From: Stramenopiles sp. TOSAG23-2
Lineage: Eukaryota
DNA length: 45,861 nucleotides
Assembly (NCBI GenBank): GCA_900128395.1
Contig: LT649286.1
Span: 1 to 45,861 of the forward strand
Direction: 5' to 3'
Below the pieces are notes generated by a model. It saw nothing but the letters and a program-made list of their open reading frames with translations. It searched no databases and had not been told where the DNA came from. The translations under genes were made by a program, and so were the position numbers. The first letter of the stretch is position 1. Each line of letters starts with the position of its first letter. This document shows, piece by piece, positions 1 to 10,727 of the stretch.

Positions 1-1363
1 TTATATTTTGATACAATGATGATTGCTCTAAAATAGGGCCTACAATATTCATAAATGTGGTCATAAATTCCACGTCTTCAGAATCAAATGGACCAGATGA
101 TTTGTTCAAAAGTTGTATCACAGCAACAACTGCTTGATCGCCATTTGCAGCAGAGCCAAAAACAGGCATTGTTAACATATTTGTAGTTTTATAATTCGAC
201 TTTTTATCTTGCGCTGGATCAAACCTTGGATCATTGTACGGATCTTCCAGATTAATCGTTTCCCCTTTGGTTGCTACATAACCAGCAATACCTTTCCCCA
301 TGGCAAATCGCAAATTAATATCCCCTTGTATTGTCCATATTTCCTCGTTTGGATGATCCACCATATATAATGTACATTTATCAGCCTCCATTAAACTGTG
401 TGACTTGGTAGAGATTGTAAATAACAAAGAATTGATTCCTAAATCACGGTTCATTAAACATATGATTTGAATCATAGCATCTATGCGTTCCTTTTGTTTG
501 ACCAATTGGGAATGCAACAATGAATTAGCCAATGCAGAACCAGCCTGGACTCTCATGATTTCCATGATTTCCTCGTCTACTTTTGTAAATGCATCCCCAC
601 TTTTTTTATTGATAGCTTGTATGACACCTACGGTATTACCATCCGAATCTGTAACTGGTGATGCTAAGATTGTTTTCGTCACATAACCAGTTTTTTTATC
701 ATTTGTTGAATCGAATTTTGGATTTCTATATGCATCTGGTATATTCAATATATTGCCACTCTCTGCAACACTACCTGCGATCCCTTCGCCTAATTTTAAT
801 TTAACATTCACGTTGCCTTCTGCTGTATGCATATTTAACTCTTTTGTAACTGGATTGACAACAAATAAAGTTGCACGATCACATGATAAAAGTAAACACG
901 TTGCTTCAATTAAGTTACCGATAGCTTTTTCTGGAGTCAAAGTGGATGTAAAATCACGCATTGATGAAACCAATTTCTCCAACCTTTGTACTTTCTCTAT
1001 TACATTTTCTGAGCTACTAGAAGATGATTTCTTTGCTGCTTTCTTCTCACCAAAAAAGTCATCATCATCCGACTCTTCTTCATCATCATCACTATGTCCA
1101 CGTCCAGGTATAGCACCAGTCTCATCAGCATTTTCAGACGCTTCAGCATAACATTGCCTTACTAAATCTACATTGTCTTCTGGTTTGTATGGATCCCCTA
1201 AACGCTTTTTAATCGTTTTTCTCATTAATTGTTTAATGAATTGAAACGGATCTTCCGGTCTTGACAATATCATTTCAGCTGTCATCCATTCCATTAATGA
1301 TTTGAAATTATGATATTGTAAATATTCTGCTGCACCTTCAATTTCTTGTTGTGTTTCGTCCAT
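1..1363 (-). CDS. RIIa/Dpy-30-like docking domain + tandem GAF domain protein (3'-partial, runs off the window; possibly the N-terminus of a PDE or cyclase)
   Basis: Translated by hand from the ATG at 1363, open for 454 codons to the edge. MDETQQEIEGAAEYLQYHNFKSLMEWMTAEMILSRPEDPFQFIKQLM (docking-domain-like), an acidic linker, GAF-A (CDRATLFVV...GIAGSVA...IPDAYRNPKFD...VIQAINK...F..VDEE) and GAF-B (ADKCTLYMVD...GIAGYVA...DPYNDPRFD...VIQLLNK...F..EDVE), both with the NKFDE signature. Confidence 0.9.
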   Translation of the reverse strand, partial: MDETQQEIEGAAEYLQYHNFKSLMEWMTAEMILSRPEDPFQFIKQLMRKTIKKRLGDPYKPEDNVDLVRQCYAEASENADETGAIPGRGHSDDDEEESDDDDFFGEKKAAKKSSSSSSENVIEKVQRLEKLVSSMRDFTSTLTPEKAIGNLIEATCLLLSCDRATLFVVNPVTKELNMHTAEGNVNVKLKLGEGIAGSVAESGNILNIPDAYRNPKFDSTNDKKTGYVTKTILASPVTDSDGNTVGVIQAINKKSGDAFTKVDEEIMEIMRVQAGSALANSLLHSQLVKQKERIDAMIQIICLMNRDLGINSLLFTISTKSHSLMEADKCTLYMVDHPNEEIWTIQGDINLRFAMGKGIAGYVATKGETINLEDPYNDPRFDPAQDKKSNYKTTNMLTMPVFGSAANGDQAVVAVIQLLNKSSGPFDSEDVEFMTTFMNIVGPILEQSSLYQNI

Positions 1364-2116
1364 GATTGATAATATATATATATATATATGTATAAACCAA
1401 CTTTTCGCGAATATATAACTATTAATATATATATATGTTACACGCGCAAAGACAGAGAGATATGATAGAGGCGTGTAAACAATAATAGCTTTGTACAGTT
1501 CAAACTCTATATCTAGGTAGGTGGAACATTAATACTATTTATATTATATGTACATACATATTTCTTTTATTTTTTATTATATGTATGTTAATGATATGTA
1601 GGTGTTATTTTAACATTTTAGTAAAAATTAATTATATTGTTGATTTTTATAATAAGAAGAAAGAATTCAATACATGTATTATTGAAATTATTACCTGGTA
1701 TTCTAACGACAAAAAAAAGTACGATGTGATAATATTATTAGAATTATACCAAGTATAAAAGAAAATATAAATGTAGGAATTCTAATCTCCCAGATCTCAC
1801 TCAGATCTCATCTCAGACGCATCAGAATAACCCATATTCAGAATGTATTCTTCTGCTGTGCTGCTGTGCTGCTGTTGTGTTTTTTATAATATTAATAATT
1901 GATGATGATGATAATGTATGATGTGATAGGCACATAGCAATACTATATAATATGATGAGATAATAATAATAATAATATATATATATTATAGATATAGATA
2001 TTTTCAATTCATAGATCATTGTGTGAGAAAAACAACATTGATATATTATATATACATACATAGACATACTACCAATTGATCATTGTCTATCTTGTTTCAA
2101 ATATCAATTATATACC

Positions 2117-5100
2117 ATGCAAACAATGGAAACGGATGGGACACAGGATGGATACAATAACAACAACAACAACAATAATAATAATAATATTCCATTCTTA
2201 CCAATAAATAATGCATCAACATATGAACAAATAAAATTATTATTACGTAAAAATAATGCGTTGTTGTTAAGAAATAAAACGAGCACTTTGATGCAAATAG
2301 GCATTGGCTTGTTATTTATGGTATTGTTATCGATCATCAATGTTGGTTTAGAAAGTGATCGTGTAGCAGAGGAAGCATTCAGTGCAACGTTACATATGCC
2401 AGCACAAGATATACCAAAGTTACATAAATGCGTGCCTACGAAAGGAAAATCATGTTATACTTTTGCATTTGCACCAAATGATAATAAAATTGTTAATGAA
2501 ATAGTGGAGTCTGTTATATCATCAAACCGCTTGATAGCAGATGATGAAGGATACAATGCCGATAGCGACAGTATCATTGACGCCCTGACTTTGGATTTAG
2601 ATAATACAAACAGTGAAAACGAGTATCAATTGTATAAACCATTTGGTGCAATAGGTTTTAAAACTTCAAAAGATATGCAAATTTGGATATTCAATAATCC
2701 AAACACAACAAATCTTGCTGTTACTTTCAATAATATAGATATATGGAAAAATAAAGGTAATGATATGGAATATACGCTGCAAGTTAATGGTACGAAAAGT
2801 TGTAAAAACTTTGGATTGACATGCACGGATCCAATATTAGAAGTTGGAATACCAATGCAACTTGCAATTGATAATGCTTTATTAAAGTTTGGCATGGAAA
2901 GCAGTACTTCTTCTTCCGCTGCCGCTGCTGCGGGAGATGCAGAAATCGAAGTTGCATTAAAAGCATTTCCACATCCTGATCTTGCATTTAGCCAAGATGC
3001 GATGAAAACATATGGTGCCATGTTTGTGTTTGCGACATTGATGTTTAATTTTATCATTCAATTATCTCACATTGTAAAAGAAAAAGAGTTAAGATTACGT
3101 GAAGCGATGAAACAAATGGGATTAAGACCATTTCCATATTGGGTATCCTGGTTTATAACAGATGCATTATTAGATTTAGTTAATGTTCTTGTCATTTGCC
3201 TTACTGGATGGGCACTGCGATTGGATTTTTTCGTAAAAAATGCGTTCTTCCTATATTTTCTATTGCTTTTATTAGCATCCTTGGCATTGACAGCAGCTGT
3301 GTTTTTCTTTGCGACGCTATTACGCCGAGCAGAACAAGCAAGAAATTTAGGATTTGCATTATTCATCATATTTTATATTGCTGGAAATGGATTGACAGGA
3401 TATTATTTCAACAGCGATTCATATATTGAAGTGCAAAGATATTTGTCATTGATTTTGCCTATACCGTTTTTACATTCGCTGAATGTATTGATCGATGAAT
3501 CCTCTGGGTCGGAGAAAGTCGGCCTTTCATGGAGTGATGGGCAAATTGTTCCAGGATATTACCCAGTTATGGAAGCATATTCATGGTTGATTTTGAACTT
3601 CTTCCTGTACTTAATCTTCACGTGGTATTGCGATGAGGTTGTACCAGGTGCATTTGGTGTCAAAAGACCATGGTATTTCCCATTTACAGCTTCGTATTGG
3701 GTTGGTAATACTCGCCAAAGTGGTGGTGGCAAAGATGGGTCTAACAAACGTGTTAAAAGAGCGCGTTCTTTGAATTTAAATGAGTATAAGCCTAGTTCAG
3801 ATCCAACCGTACGAGCTGAGGAACTAGCTGTTGCATCGTCCAATTTCGGTGAAAGGGACGTTAAAGTTGTTATTAATAAATTGAATAAAACATTTCAAAG
3901 TGGCCCATCTCTATCTTGTACAAGTACATCATTTACTGCTGTGAATGGTGTCTCATACGCAATTGATGATGGTGAATTGTTATGCATGCTTGGTCATAAT
4001 GGAGCAGGGAAAACCACTACGATTAATATGCTAACTGGAATGTTACCAATAACAAGTGGTGATGCATATGTATTTGGCCACAGTGCTAAGTATGACATGG
4101 ATTCAATACGTGAAATCATGGGTATATGCCCGCAACATGATATACTATGGGACCAGCTAACAGGTAAAGAACATTTGCAATTATTTGCTGGTCTTAAAGG
4201 TATGAATCCAGATGAAATCGAGGAAGAAGCTAATAAACGGTTGGAACAGGTTGAATTATTACATGTTGCTAATGTTCAAGCTCAAGCTTATAGTGGGGGT
4301 ATGAAACGAAGATTATCCTTAGCAATTGCTTTAATTGGTGATCCGAAAGTTGTTTTCCTAGATGAACCTACTACCGGTATGGATCCTGTTACAAGACGTA
4401 GTGTATGGAACATGATATTAAAGGCAAAACGAGGCCGTATTATATTGTTAACGACGCATAGTATGGAAGAAGCCGATGTATTGGCTGATCGAATATGTAT
4501 CATGTCGAAAGGGAAAATACAGGCATTAGGTAGCAGTTTGCATTTAAAGCAACATTTTGGTACTGGGTATAAACTTACCGTATTTTCTGATGTTAACAAT
4601 GCCAATGCAGAAAGTCGTATTACCTCGTTGGTATCTTCAAAAATAGCAAAATGTATCGTGTCAAGTGCTATTCCTGGAATTTTAGAATTTCAAATACCTA
4701 GGCAAAGTATAGAAAATATGTCTGCATTATTAAATGATCTAAAAAAGAAAGATGGAGTGAAAGATATTTCTGTAAGTTTAACAACACTAGAGGAAGTATT
4801 TTTGAATTTATCAAAAGCAGAATTAGAAAATGAAGTTGAAGAGATTATACCAATACATCAAAGTGAAGTACAAATGGCACGTCGTCTAAGTAGTGCGGAT
4901 GTTGAAACTGGAGCACAAACCATAACGTTTTGTTCACAAACATATGCCTTAGCTGAAAAAACATGGAAATATCAAAAAAGACAGTCAAGTCAAACATGTT
5001 GCCTCGTTATTTTCCCGATCTTCTCCATATGTTTACTTCTACTATTGCAGTATTTTGTTACACAAGCAGAATCGAAGAATACCTACGATATGCAATGTGT

Positions 5101-8100
5101 AAGTAATAAAACTTTGCAGTCAATTTTGTTACAAACACCTTCACCACTTGATGTTAAAGTTGGGAGTCCTTCGTTTTTAAATCCAGGAGCATTTCTTCAA
5201 CCATATAAAGAAATTGTTGACTATGAAATTCCAATTTCTCAATCTTACGAATGCTTAAATAACAATCCCAATTGTTCTTGTGGCACAATTAGTACAAAAT
5301 TACCAAAAGGCTTAAATGATTGGTACAGCCAAGTTGTTACGAAAGTGTTAGATATACAAAGTTGTCAAAGTACGTTTACATCGTATCTAAATCGCCATCA
5401 AGCTGTAAACAATGCATTTCAATGGAGTAATGAATATGGTAGCAAGACTGGCAGTAATAGTAGTGGATTTACACCAACACAACAAACGTTGAATTTGCAA
5501 GATTGTAAAAAATCGAAAAAGACAAAAAAGCGAAGATTGGTGGGAATTTTAGGTGATACTAATAGCGGGGGTGATGCAGGGAAAAATTGGAAACCGGATC
5601 AAGCAGCATTTGATGATTTGAAAAAACAGGAAAAAATCTTAGTAAATTGTCAATTGAACAATATATCGGATACACTGGATTTGTATTCAAAACTTCCAAT
5701 TAAAAGTACTTTACCACAGGCTGGAGCAAAGCGACAATATACCTCCGGTGCCGGTATAGTTGGAAATTTTACAACCAAAAATATACCTGATGATACTTTT
5801 AGTACGTTTGAAAACTTTGTTGTAGAGACGATTGGTCCGATTATAGCTGGGATAACAAAGCAGCCACAATTGCATGATATAGATTTGTTGTGCGAATTTT
5901 TAGCAATACCTGCTGTTAATAAAACTGTACTTCCTGAATTGCAAAAATATTTGGAAAAATTAGGTGGAGTGACGAAAAATTTAGGATCGTCTTTGCCATA
6001 TGTTTGTTGGGTAAGAAAAAGTCGTGATACAATTCGCAATATTCATTCATTAGCAGAAAGTTCTGTCAATTCCATTGACACGTTGCTTTATAATGAATGG
6101 TACGGATCGAAATTTGGGAAAGTTCATGCATCTAAATTTACAGCATATAATTTTGATTACGTAGATAGACAGAAAGCTCAAATAAAATATACCGCTTGGT
6201 ATAATGCTACTGGAAGTTCAGGATTTCTATCTTTCAAAGGTCAATTAAATTGGCCATCCATTGTATCTTTGATGAACAACGCTATATTAAAAAGCCTTTT
6301 GCCTGGCAACCACGGTATTAAGATGACAACATTGCCATGGCCACAACCTACAACAGCGGCGAGATTGAATCCTTTAAGTACGTTTTCGATTGTTGATGGT
6401 GTAGGTGGATTATTTTTTCCATTTGTATTATTTGCCTTAATGCCGATTATTATGAGTATGATCATGTATGAAAAAGAAAATCGTTTACGAGAAATCATGA
6501 AGATGATGGGGTTAAAGTTAAGTGCATATTGGTTTGTAACATACATTTTATTCTATTGTGAATATTGTTTGTTAGTTGGGGTCTTTTGGATCGCAGGTGC
6601 GATAGGAAAAATTAATTTTTTCTCATTGCATTCCCCTGTTGTCATGTTTATCTTTTTCTTTATCTGGGGACATAGCTTGATAGCATTTTCGATGCTGTTG
6701 ACCGCTTTTTTCTCGAAAACACGTACAGCAGTTGCTGTTAGTTTTGTTTTGATTTTTGGCTTTGTCCTGTTTGGTTACATGATATTTCAAACCTTGCAAC
6801 AAAATCAAAGCTCTGGAGATGTATCAGAAGTATCTTTTTATGCATGGCAGTGGTTACCACCATTTGCATTTATGCGTATTATCGTATTCGTAGTAGATGC
6901 TTCTACTGGGGACCACAAGATTTCGCTAGAAAATTGGGGAAATACGCCAATTCCAAGTACGTTATGGTGGCTGGTCGCTGAGTGGTTCATGTGTATTTTC
7001 TTGATGTATTACTTTGAGAAGGTCTTGAGTGTTGGGTATGGTGTAAGAAGTCATCCATTATTTTGTTGCTTCAGATCGTTTTGGTGCAAAGATAATGACA
7101 ATGATAGGGATAAAGATCGAAAAGGGAAGTATCAAAAAGTCAGTAACTTACAACAACAACTTCTGCCAGCAGCTAATGATGGTTTGGGATATGGAAATTT
7201 AGGTGGCAAAAGTGATGAACCTAATCCATTGGCAGCATTTGTAAATGAATTGAAACCACCGACAGATGTTTTAGAAGAAGCTAAAAATGTGCTTGGTGGT
7301 TTCAATAATGTTGAACCTCAACAAAGAGTTCGTATTGCTGGGCTGACAAAAAAATACAAAGGCCTTGGAGGCGCACCTGAAAAATTGGCGGTGCAAAAAT
7401 TGTACCTCGGTGTGAATGAAAATGAATGTTTAGGTTTACTTGGGCCAAATGGTGCTGGTAAAACTACAAGTATTAGTATTATGTGTGGTTTGTTTGAACC
7501 AACTTCTGGGGATGGTCTTGTGAAATCTCGAAATAGCGATAAAATATTACACGTTACAGATGCAAATGAATTGAATGAAATCCATACTATGATGGGTGTT
7601 TGCCCACAACATGACGTGTTGTGGAACGATTTGACTGCACGTGAGCATGTTACTTTTTATGGTAGATTGAAAGGTTTATCTGGGAAAAGATTACAAAATG
7701 CGATTTTCAAAGTGTTAAACGATGTCAAATTATACCACGTAGCTGATAAACAAGCTGGGAAATTTAGTGGCGGGATGAAACGTAGGCTAAGCGTCGCAAA
7801 TGCATTAATCGGCTCTCCACGGGTAGTTTATTTAGACGAACCATCTACTGGTTTAGATCCATCAGCAAGACGTACATTATGGGATGTCATCACTACTGCA
7901 AAAGGCGATGGCAAAGCTATTGTTTTGACAACGCATAGCATGGAGGAAGCCGATGCATTGTGTGATCGTATTGGAATTATGTCATTAGGTCAATTAAGAT
8001 GTATAGGTAAATCAGCAGAATTGAAATTACGTTATGGATCTGGATTTGCATTATCTGTTGCGACAAACGGTGGAGCAGATATTCAATTAAAAATTGAAAA

Positions 8101-8308
8101 GTTTATTAAAACAAATTTCCCGACAGCAACATTGATGATGAATTCCATCAATGGTAGTTATACATATGAAATGCCGCGAGACGATGTTGATCTAGCAAAT
8201 ATATTTAAAATTATGGAAACGAATTCAAGTAAATTGCAAATTAATGATTGGGGTGTTACAGAAACCACGTTAGAGGAAGTATTTTTTAAAGCTACGAATG
8301 GAAAGTAG
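2117..8308 (+). CDS. Full-size ABC transporter, subfamily A
   Basis: 2063-aa ORF arranged TMD-NBD-TMD-NBD with large loops after the first helix of each half. Walker A GHNGAGKTT and GPNGAGKTT; signatures YSGGMKRRLS and FSGGMKRRLS; Walker B VFLDEPTTG and VYLDEPSTG; TTHSMEEA; ABCA-type EKE..LRE.MK.MGL and TLEEVF motifs twice. Confidence 0.96.
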   Translation: MQTMETDGTQDGYNNNNNNNNNNNIPFLPINNASTYEQIKLLLRKNNALLLRNKTSTLMQIGIGLLFMVLLSIINVGLESDRVAEEAFSATLHMPAQDIPKLHKCVPTKGKSCYTFAFAPNDNKIVNEIVESVISSNRLIADDEGYNADSDSIIDALTLDLDNTNSENEYQLYKPFGAIGFKTSKDMQIWIFNNPNTTNLAVTFNNIDIWKNKGNDMEYTLQVNGTKSCKNFGLTCTDPILEVGIPMQLAIDNALLKFGMESSTSSSAAAAAGDAEIEVALKAFPHPDLAFSQDAMKTYGAMFVFATLMFNFIIQLSHIVKEKELRLREAMKQMGLRPFPYWVSWFITDALLDLVNVLVICLTGWALRLDFFVKNAFFLYFLLLLLASLALTAAVFFFATLLRRAEQARNLGFALFIIFYIAGNGLTGYYFNSDSYIEVQRYLSLILPIPFLHSLNVLIDESSGSEKVGLSWSDGQIVPGYYPVMEAYSWLILNFFLYLIFTWYCDEVVPGAFGVKRPWYFPFTASYWVGNTRQSGGGKDGSNKRVKRARSLNLNEYKPSSDPTVRAEELAVASSNFGERDVKVVINKLNKTFQSGPSLSCTSTSFTAVNGVSYAIDDGELLCMLGHNGAGKTTTINMLTGMLPITSGDAYVFGHSAKYDMDSIREIMGICPQHDILWDQLTGKEHLQLFAGLKGMNPDEIEEEANKRLEQVELLHVANVQAQAYSGGMKRRLSLAIALIGDPKVVFLDEPTTGMDPVTRRSVWNMILKAKRGRIILLTTHSMEEADVLADRICIMSKGKIQALGSSLHLKQHFGTGYKLTVFSDVNNANAESRITSLVSSKIAKCIVSSAIPGILEFQIPRQSIENMSALLNDLKKKDGVKDISVSLTTLEEVFLNLSKAELENEVEEIIPIHQSEVQMARRLSSADVETGAQTITFCSQTYALAEKTWKYQKRQSSQTCCLVIFPIFSICLLLLLQYFVTQAESKNTYDMQCVSNKTLQSILLQTPSPLDVKVGSPSFLNPGAFLQPYKEIVDYEIPISQSYECLNNNPNCSCGTISTKLPKGLNDWYSQVVTKVLDIQSCQSTFTSYLNRHQAVNNAFQWSNEYGSKTGSNSSGFTPTQQTLNLQDCKKSKKTKKRRLVGILGDTNSGGDAGKNWKPDQAAFDDLKKQEKILVNCQLNNISDTLDLYSKLPIKSTLPQAGAKRQYTSGAGIVGNFTTKNIPDDTFSTFENFVVETIGPIIAGITKQPQLHDIDLLCEFLAIPAVNKTVLPELQKYLEKLGGVTKNLGSSLPYVCWVRKSRDTIRNIHSLAESSVNSIDTLLYNEWYGSKFGKVHASKFTAYNFDYVDRQKAQIKYTAWYNATGSSGFLSFKGQLNWPSIVSLMNNAILKSLLPGNHGIKMTTLPWPQPTTAARLNPLSTFSIVDGVGGLFFPFVLFALMPIIMSMIMYEKENRLREIMKMMGLKLSAYWFVTYILFYCEYCLLVGVFWIAGAIGKINFFSLHSPVVMFIFFFIWGHSLIAFSMLLTAFFSKTRTAVAVSFVLIFGFVLFGYMIFQTLQQNQSSGDVSEVSFYAWQWLPPFAFMRIIVFVVDASTGDHKISLENWGNTPIPSTLWWLVAEWFMCIFLMYYFEKVLSVGYGVRSHPLFCCFRSFWCKDNDNDRDKDRKGKYQKVSNLQQQLLPAANDGLGYGNLGGKSDEPNPLAAFVNELKPPTDVLEEAKNVLGGFNNVEPQQRVRIAGLTKKYKGLGGAPEKLAVQKLYLGVNENECLGLLGPNGAGKTTSISIMCGLFEPTSGDGLVKSRNSDKILHVTDANELNEIHTMMGVCPQHDVLWNDLTAREHVTFYGRLKGLSGKRLQNAIFKVLNDVKLYHVADKQAGKFSGGMKRRLSVANALIGSPRVVYLDEPSTGLDPSARRTLWDVITTAKGDGKAIVLTTHSMEEADALCDRIGIMSLGQLRCIGKSAELKLRYGSGFALSVATNGGADIQLKIEKFIKTNFPTATLMMNSINGSYTYEMPRDDVDLANIFKIMETNSSKLQINDWGVTETTLEEVFFKATNGK

Positions 8309-8430
8309 TTCGGGGGCGTGTATGATTATGAAATATGATATTAAAAAAGACAAAAATATTAGAATATGACATAATACTATCATATCATATCATAGTATGT
8401 ACAAATATATTTTATTTTAAAAATTATATG

Positions 8431-8581
8431 TGATGGTTAAAATCTACGGGTCGTAAGAGTTAATAATAATTTTACTTCTCATGTTAAATGATAATATGCT
8501 CAATATTCAATCTCGAGAATAAATATTCTAGATCCTACACGAGAAAGTGTAAAATTATTATAACTTAGATTTTAACCATCA
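8431..8581. mobile_element. MITE/foldback-like element, copy 1
   Basis: Perfect 16-nt terminal inverted repeats TGATGGTTAAAATCTA (8431-8446) and TAGATTTTAACCATCA (8566-8581), with imperfect subterminal arms (taataattttacttctc versus gagaaagtgtaaaattatta). The same termini recur at 17493-17687. Confidence 0.6.
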
Positions 8582-9020
8582 TGATTTCTATCCTATAGAT
8601 ACTATTAATAAAGCTCTCATGCGCCGCCGCAAGCTAATACTCAAATTATATATAATGTGTGTGTGCGAATATTATCTCATACGCGTATATTTGGTAAATT
8701 ATATACACATAAAAATTACAACATTAATTTTAAATAAATAATGCAAACTCACACATGATGCACGCACAACAACAGAAAGCATGATACTGCACGCTAGATA
8801 TTTTTTCAAAATACGTTCGTAGCAGAATATGCTTCTTTTTGTTCATCGTTTTTGTCTTTTTGCAACTTTTAATATTTTAGATTTTACATATATATATAAT
8901 GTCTTTATTTTTTTTTTTTAATAAACGCAATATAGATCCATTTTCCAACCTATATTTTCTTGTGCCTCATCCTTTTAACTAAACTGTGACTACATAAAAT
9001 ATATTCACTCTACTTTCCTT

Positions 9021-9641
9021 TTAACTTTCAGAATCACCTTTAGCACATACATACATATAGTGTACACTGTTTGCATCAGACGAATCTTGAGCAGCAGATG
9101 CACTAACAGTTGGTTTTGGTACAGTGTGTACTTGAACACTCCAATGATATGCATCATTATCTAGGTAACTGAGACGATTATCTGGAATGCCGTATGAAAG
9201 CATTAAAAGAACGCCGTTTGGTTTTAAAACACGTGTGATTTCGGAAAGTGCTTTGCCGACATTGCTAGTAGAACCTTCCCCACAAAGAATAGAATCAAGT
9301 GTACCTTTGTCAATAACTGCATCAAAAGCTTCATCTGGAAACTCCAAAGCAGTTGTATTCATTTGTTGCCAACTTAATCCGGTTTTGTCACGGTATTTTT
9401 CAATCATTTGGTCGATACATACTTTAGAAATGTCGACGTTTGCAATGGTGGAAAAGCCGTCATCGTACATGTCTTCACTTAAACGAGAGTTACCACAACC
9501 AATATTTAAAATATGATCTGTTTTCTTCACGTATTGTGCAATTAAATCTTTTACACCAGAATACCTTTGATACCAATCAAAAGGTTCTGGATCCTTTGTG
9601 TATCTCTCATCCCAATATGTTGCCTTACCGTACTGTGCCAT
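9021..9641 (-). CDS. Class I SAM-dependent methyltransferase, EEF1AKMT4/ECE2-like
   Basis: YGKATYWDERY...FDWYQRY N-terminus, motif I ILNIGCGNS, NVDIS, FDAVIDKGTLDS, RVLKPNG. Confidence 0.9.
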   Translation of the reverse strand: MAQYGKATYWDERYTKDPEPFDWYQRYSGVKDLIAQYVKKTDHILNIGCGNSRLSEDMYDDGFSTIANVDISKVCIDQMIEKYRDKTGLSWQQMNTTALEFPDEAFDAVIDKGTLDSILCGEGSTSNVGKALSEITRVLKPNGVLLMLSYGIPDNRLSYLDNDAYHWSVQVHTVPKPTVSASAAQDSSDANSVHYMYVCAKGDSES

Positions 9642-10111
9642 GTTTGTTTGTTGTTAATAATTAAATAATCAATGAAACGAATATGGTTCTTATCTATTTC
9701 GATATTGATATACGACGTAGATAACGTCTTGCCTGATATATTTTATCTCGTGTTTCTTTTAGTAGTTGATATTTGTATTCATTATTTGTTATTATATTCA
9801 TTATTATTTTTTATTTTCTCACCGTCGTTATTTGATTAGTAGGTGATTACTATAAGCAGATACTTTCACGTGTGCCAAAATCAAAAATTATTAAATTCGA
9901 TCATCAAGCCCCAAGCTCCAACGATATTTACAAAAAAATTTACTAGACGGCCTCTTTTATTACAGTAGGTAAAACTGCTTTTGCCGTGCTATCCCGATAT
10001 CCCGATATATTTTTTAGCAAATTTTCGGTACAAATTTATGGTATACTTAAAAACTATATTGTCTATCAAATACAAATTAAAACTCCCCCGCATCCTGCAC
10101 GACAAAAAAGC

Positions 10112-10182
10112 GGAATGCTGGAATGCTGGAATGCTGTTGCCAGAATAATGCTGTGGAAAGCTGGAATGCCAGCCAGAATGCC
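10112..10182. promoter_or_regulatory. Cluster of (G/A)GAATGC repeats in the divergent methyltransferase/NOP10 promoter region
   Basis: ggaatgctggaatgctggaatgc...gctggaatgccagccagaatgcc; related copies at 22181-22203 (reverse strand) and 36881-36892. A regulatory role is inferred from position only. Confidence 0.4.
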
Positions 10183-10360
10183 GATCCAGCGATCCTCTCT
10201 CCAACTCCAACCGGCTTAGAATAGGCCCACACCACCATTCATTTTATTATCATCCGGATATATATTAACATAATTTAACAATTAGATTGATGTATAGACA
10301 AAGAGAGAGATACAGACATATATACACATATAAAGATATAAGAAATAGTATAAAGCAACA

Positions 10361-10558
10361 ATGCATTTAATGTACCATATTGATGAGAACACAGGGCATA
10401 GAGTATATACGTTGAAAAAGGTTGATCCAAACCAAAAAGCAACTGTATCTGCACACCCTGCTAGATTTTCACCGGATGATAAATTCTCAAAACAACGTAT
10501 TAAGTGTAAAAGAAGGTTTAATTTATTACCAACACAACAACCAAGAGCAGGCTTTTAA
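10361..10558 (+). CDS. NOP10: H/ACA snoRNP subunit Nop10
   Basis: 65 aa, MHLMY...RVYTLKK...[17 protein letters not shown]...[10 protein letters not shown], the characteristic Nop10 sequence. Confidence 0.97.
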   Translation: MHLMYHIDENTGHRVYTLKKVDPNQKATVSAHPARFSPDDKFSKQRIKCKRRFNLLPTQQPRAGF

Positions 10559-10727
10559 ATATATTATATCAAGAATATAGAAAGTGTCGTAATGAATATA
10601 TATAATATATTATAAAAATTAAATGTATCGATAAAAGTAAATATATATTATATGTTACATCATAAGTACACGCATACGTACACGCGTACACCAAACAATA
10701 TTGGAGTGCTGGGATATTATCACATTT

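Noticed and set aside
483-1151. Plus-strand ORFs 483-686 and 753-1151
   Set aside because: Antisense shadows of the minus-strand GAF gene.
2626-6808. Short ORFs inside the ABCA gene, and similar nested ORFs in the cyclase, Kelch, ARM and ankyrin genes
   Set aside because: Antisense or off-frame by-products of long real genes, with no recognisable motifs.
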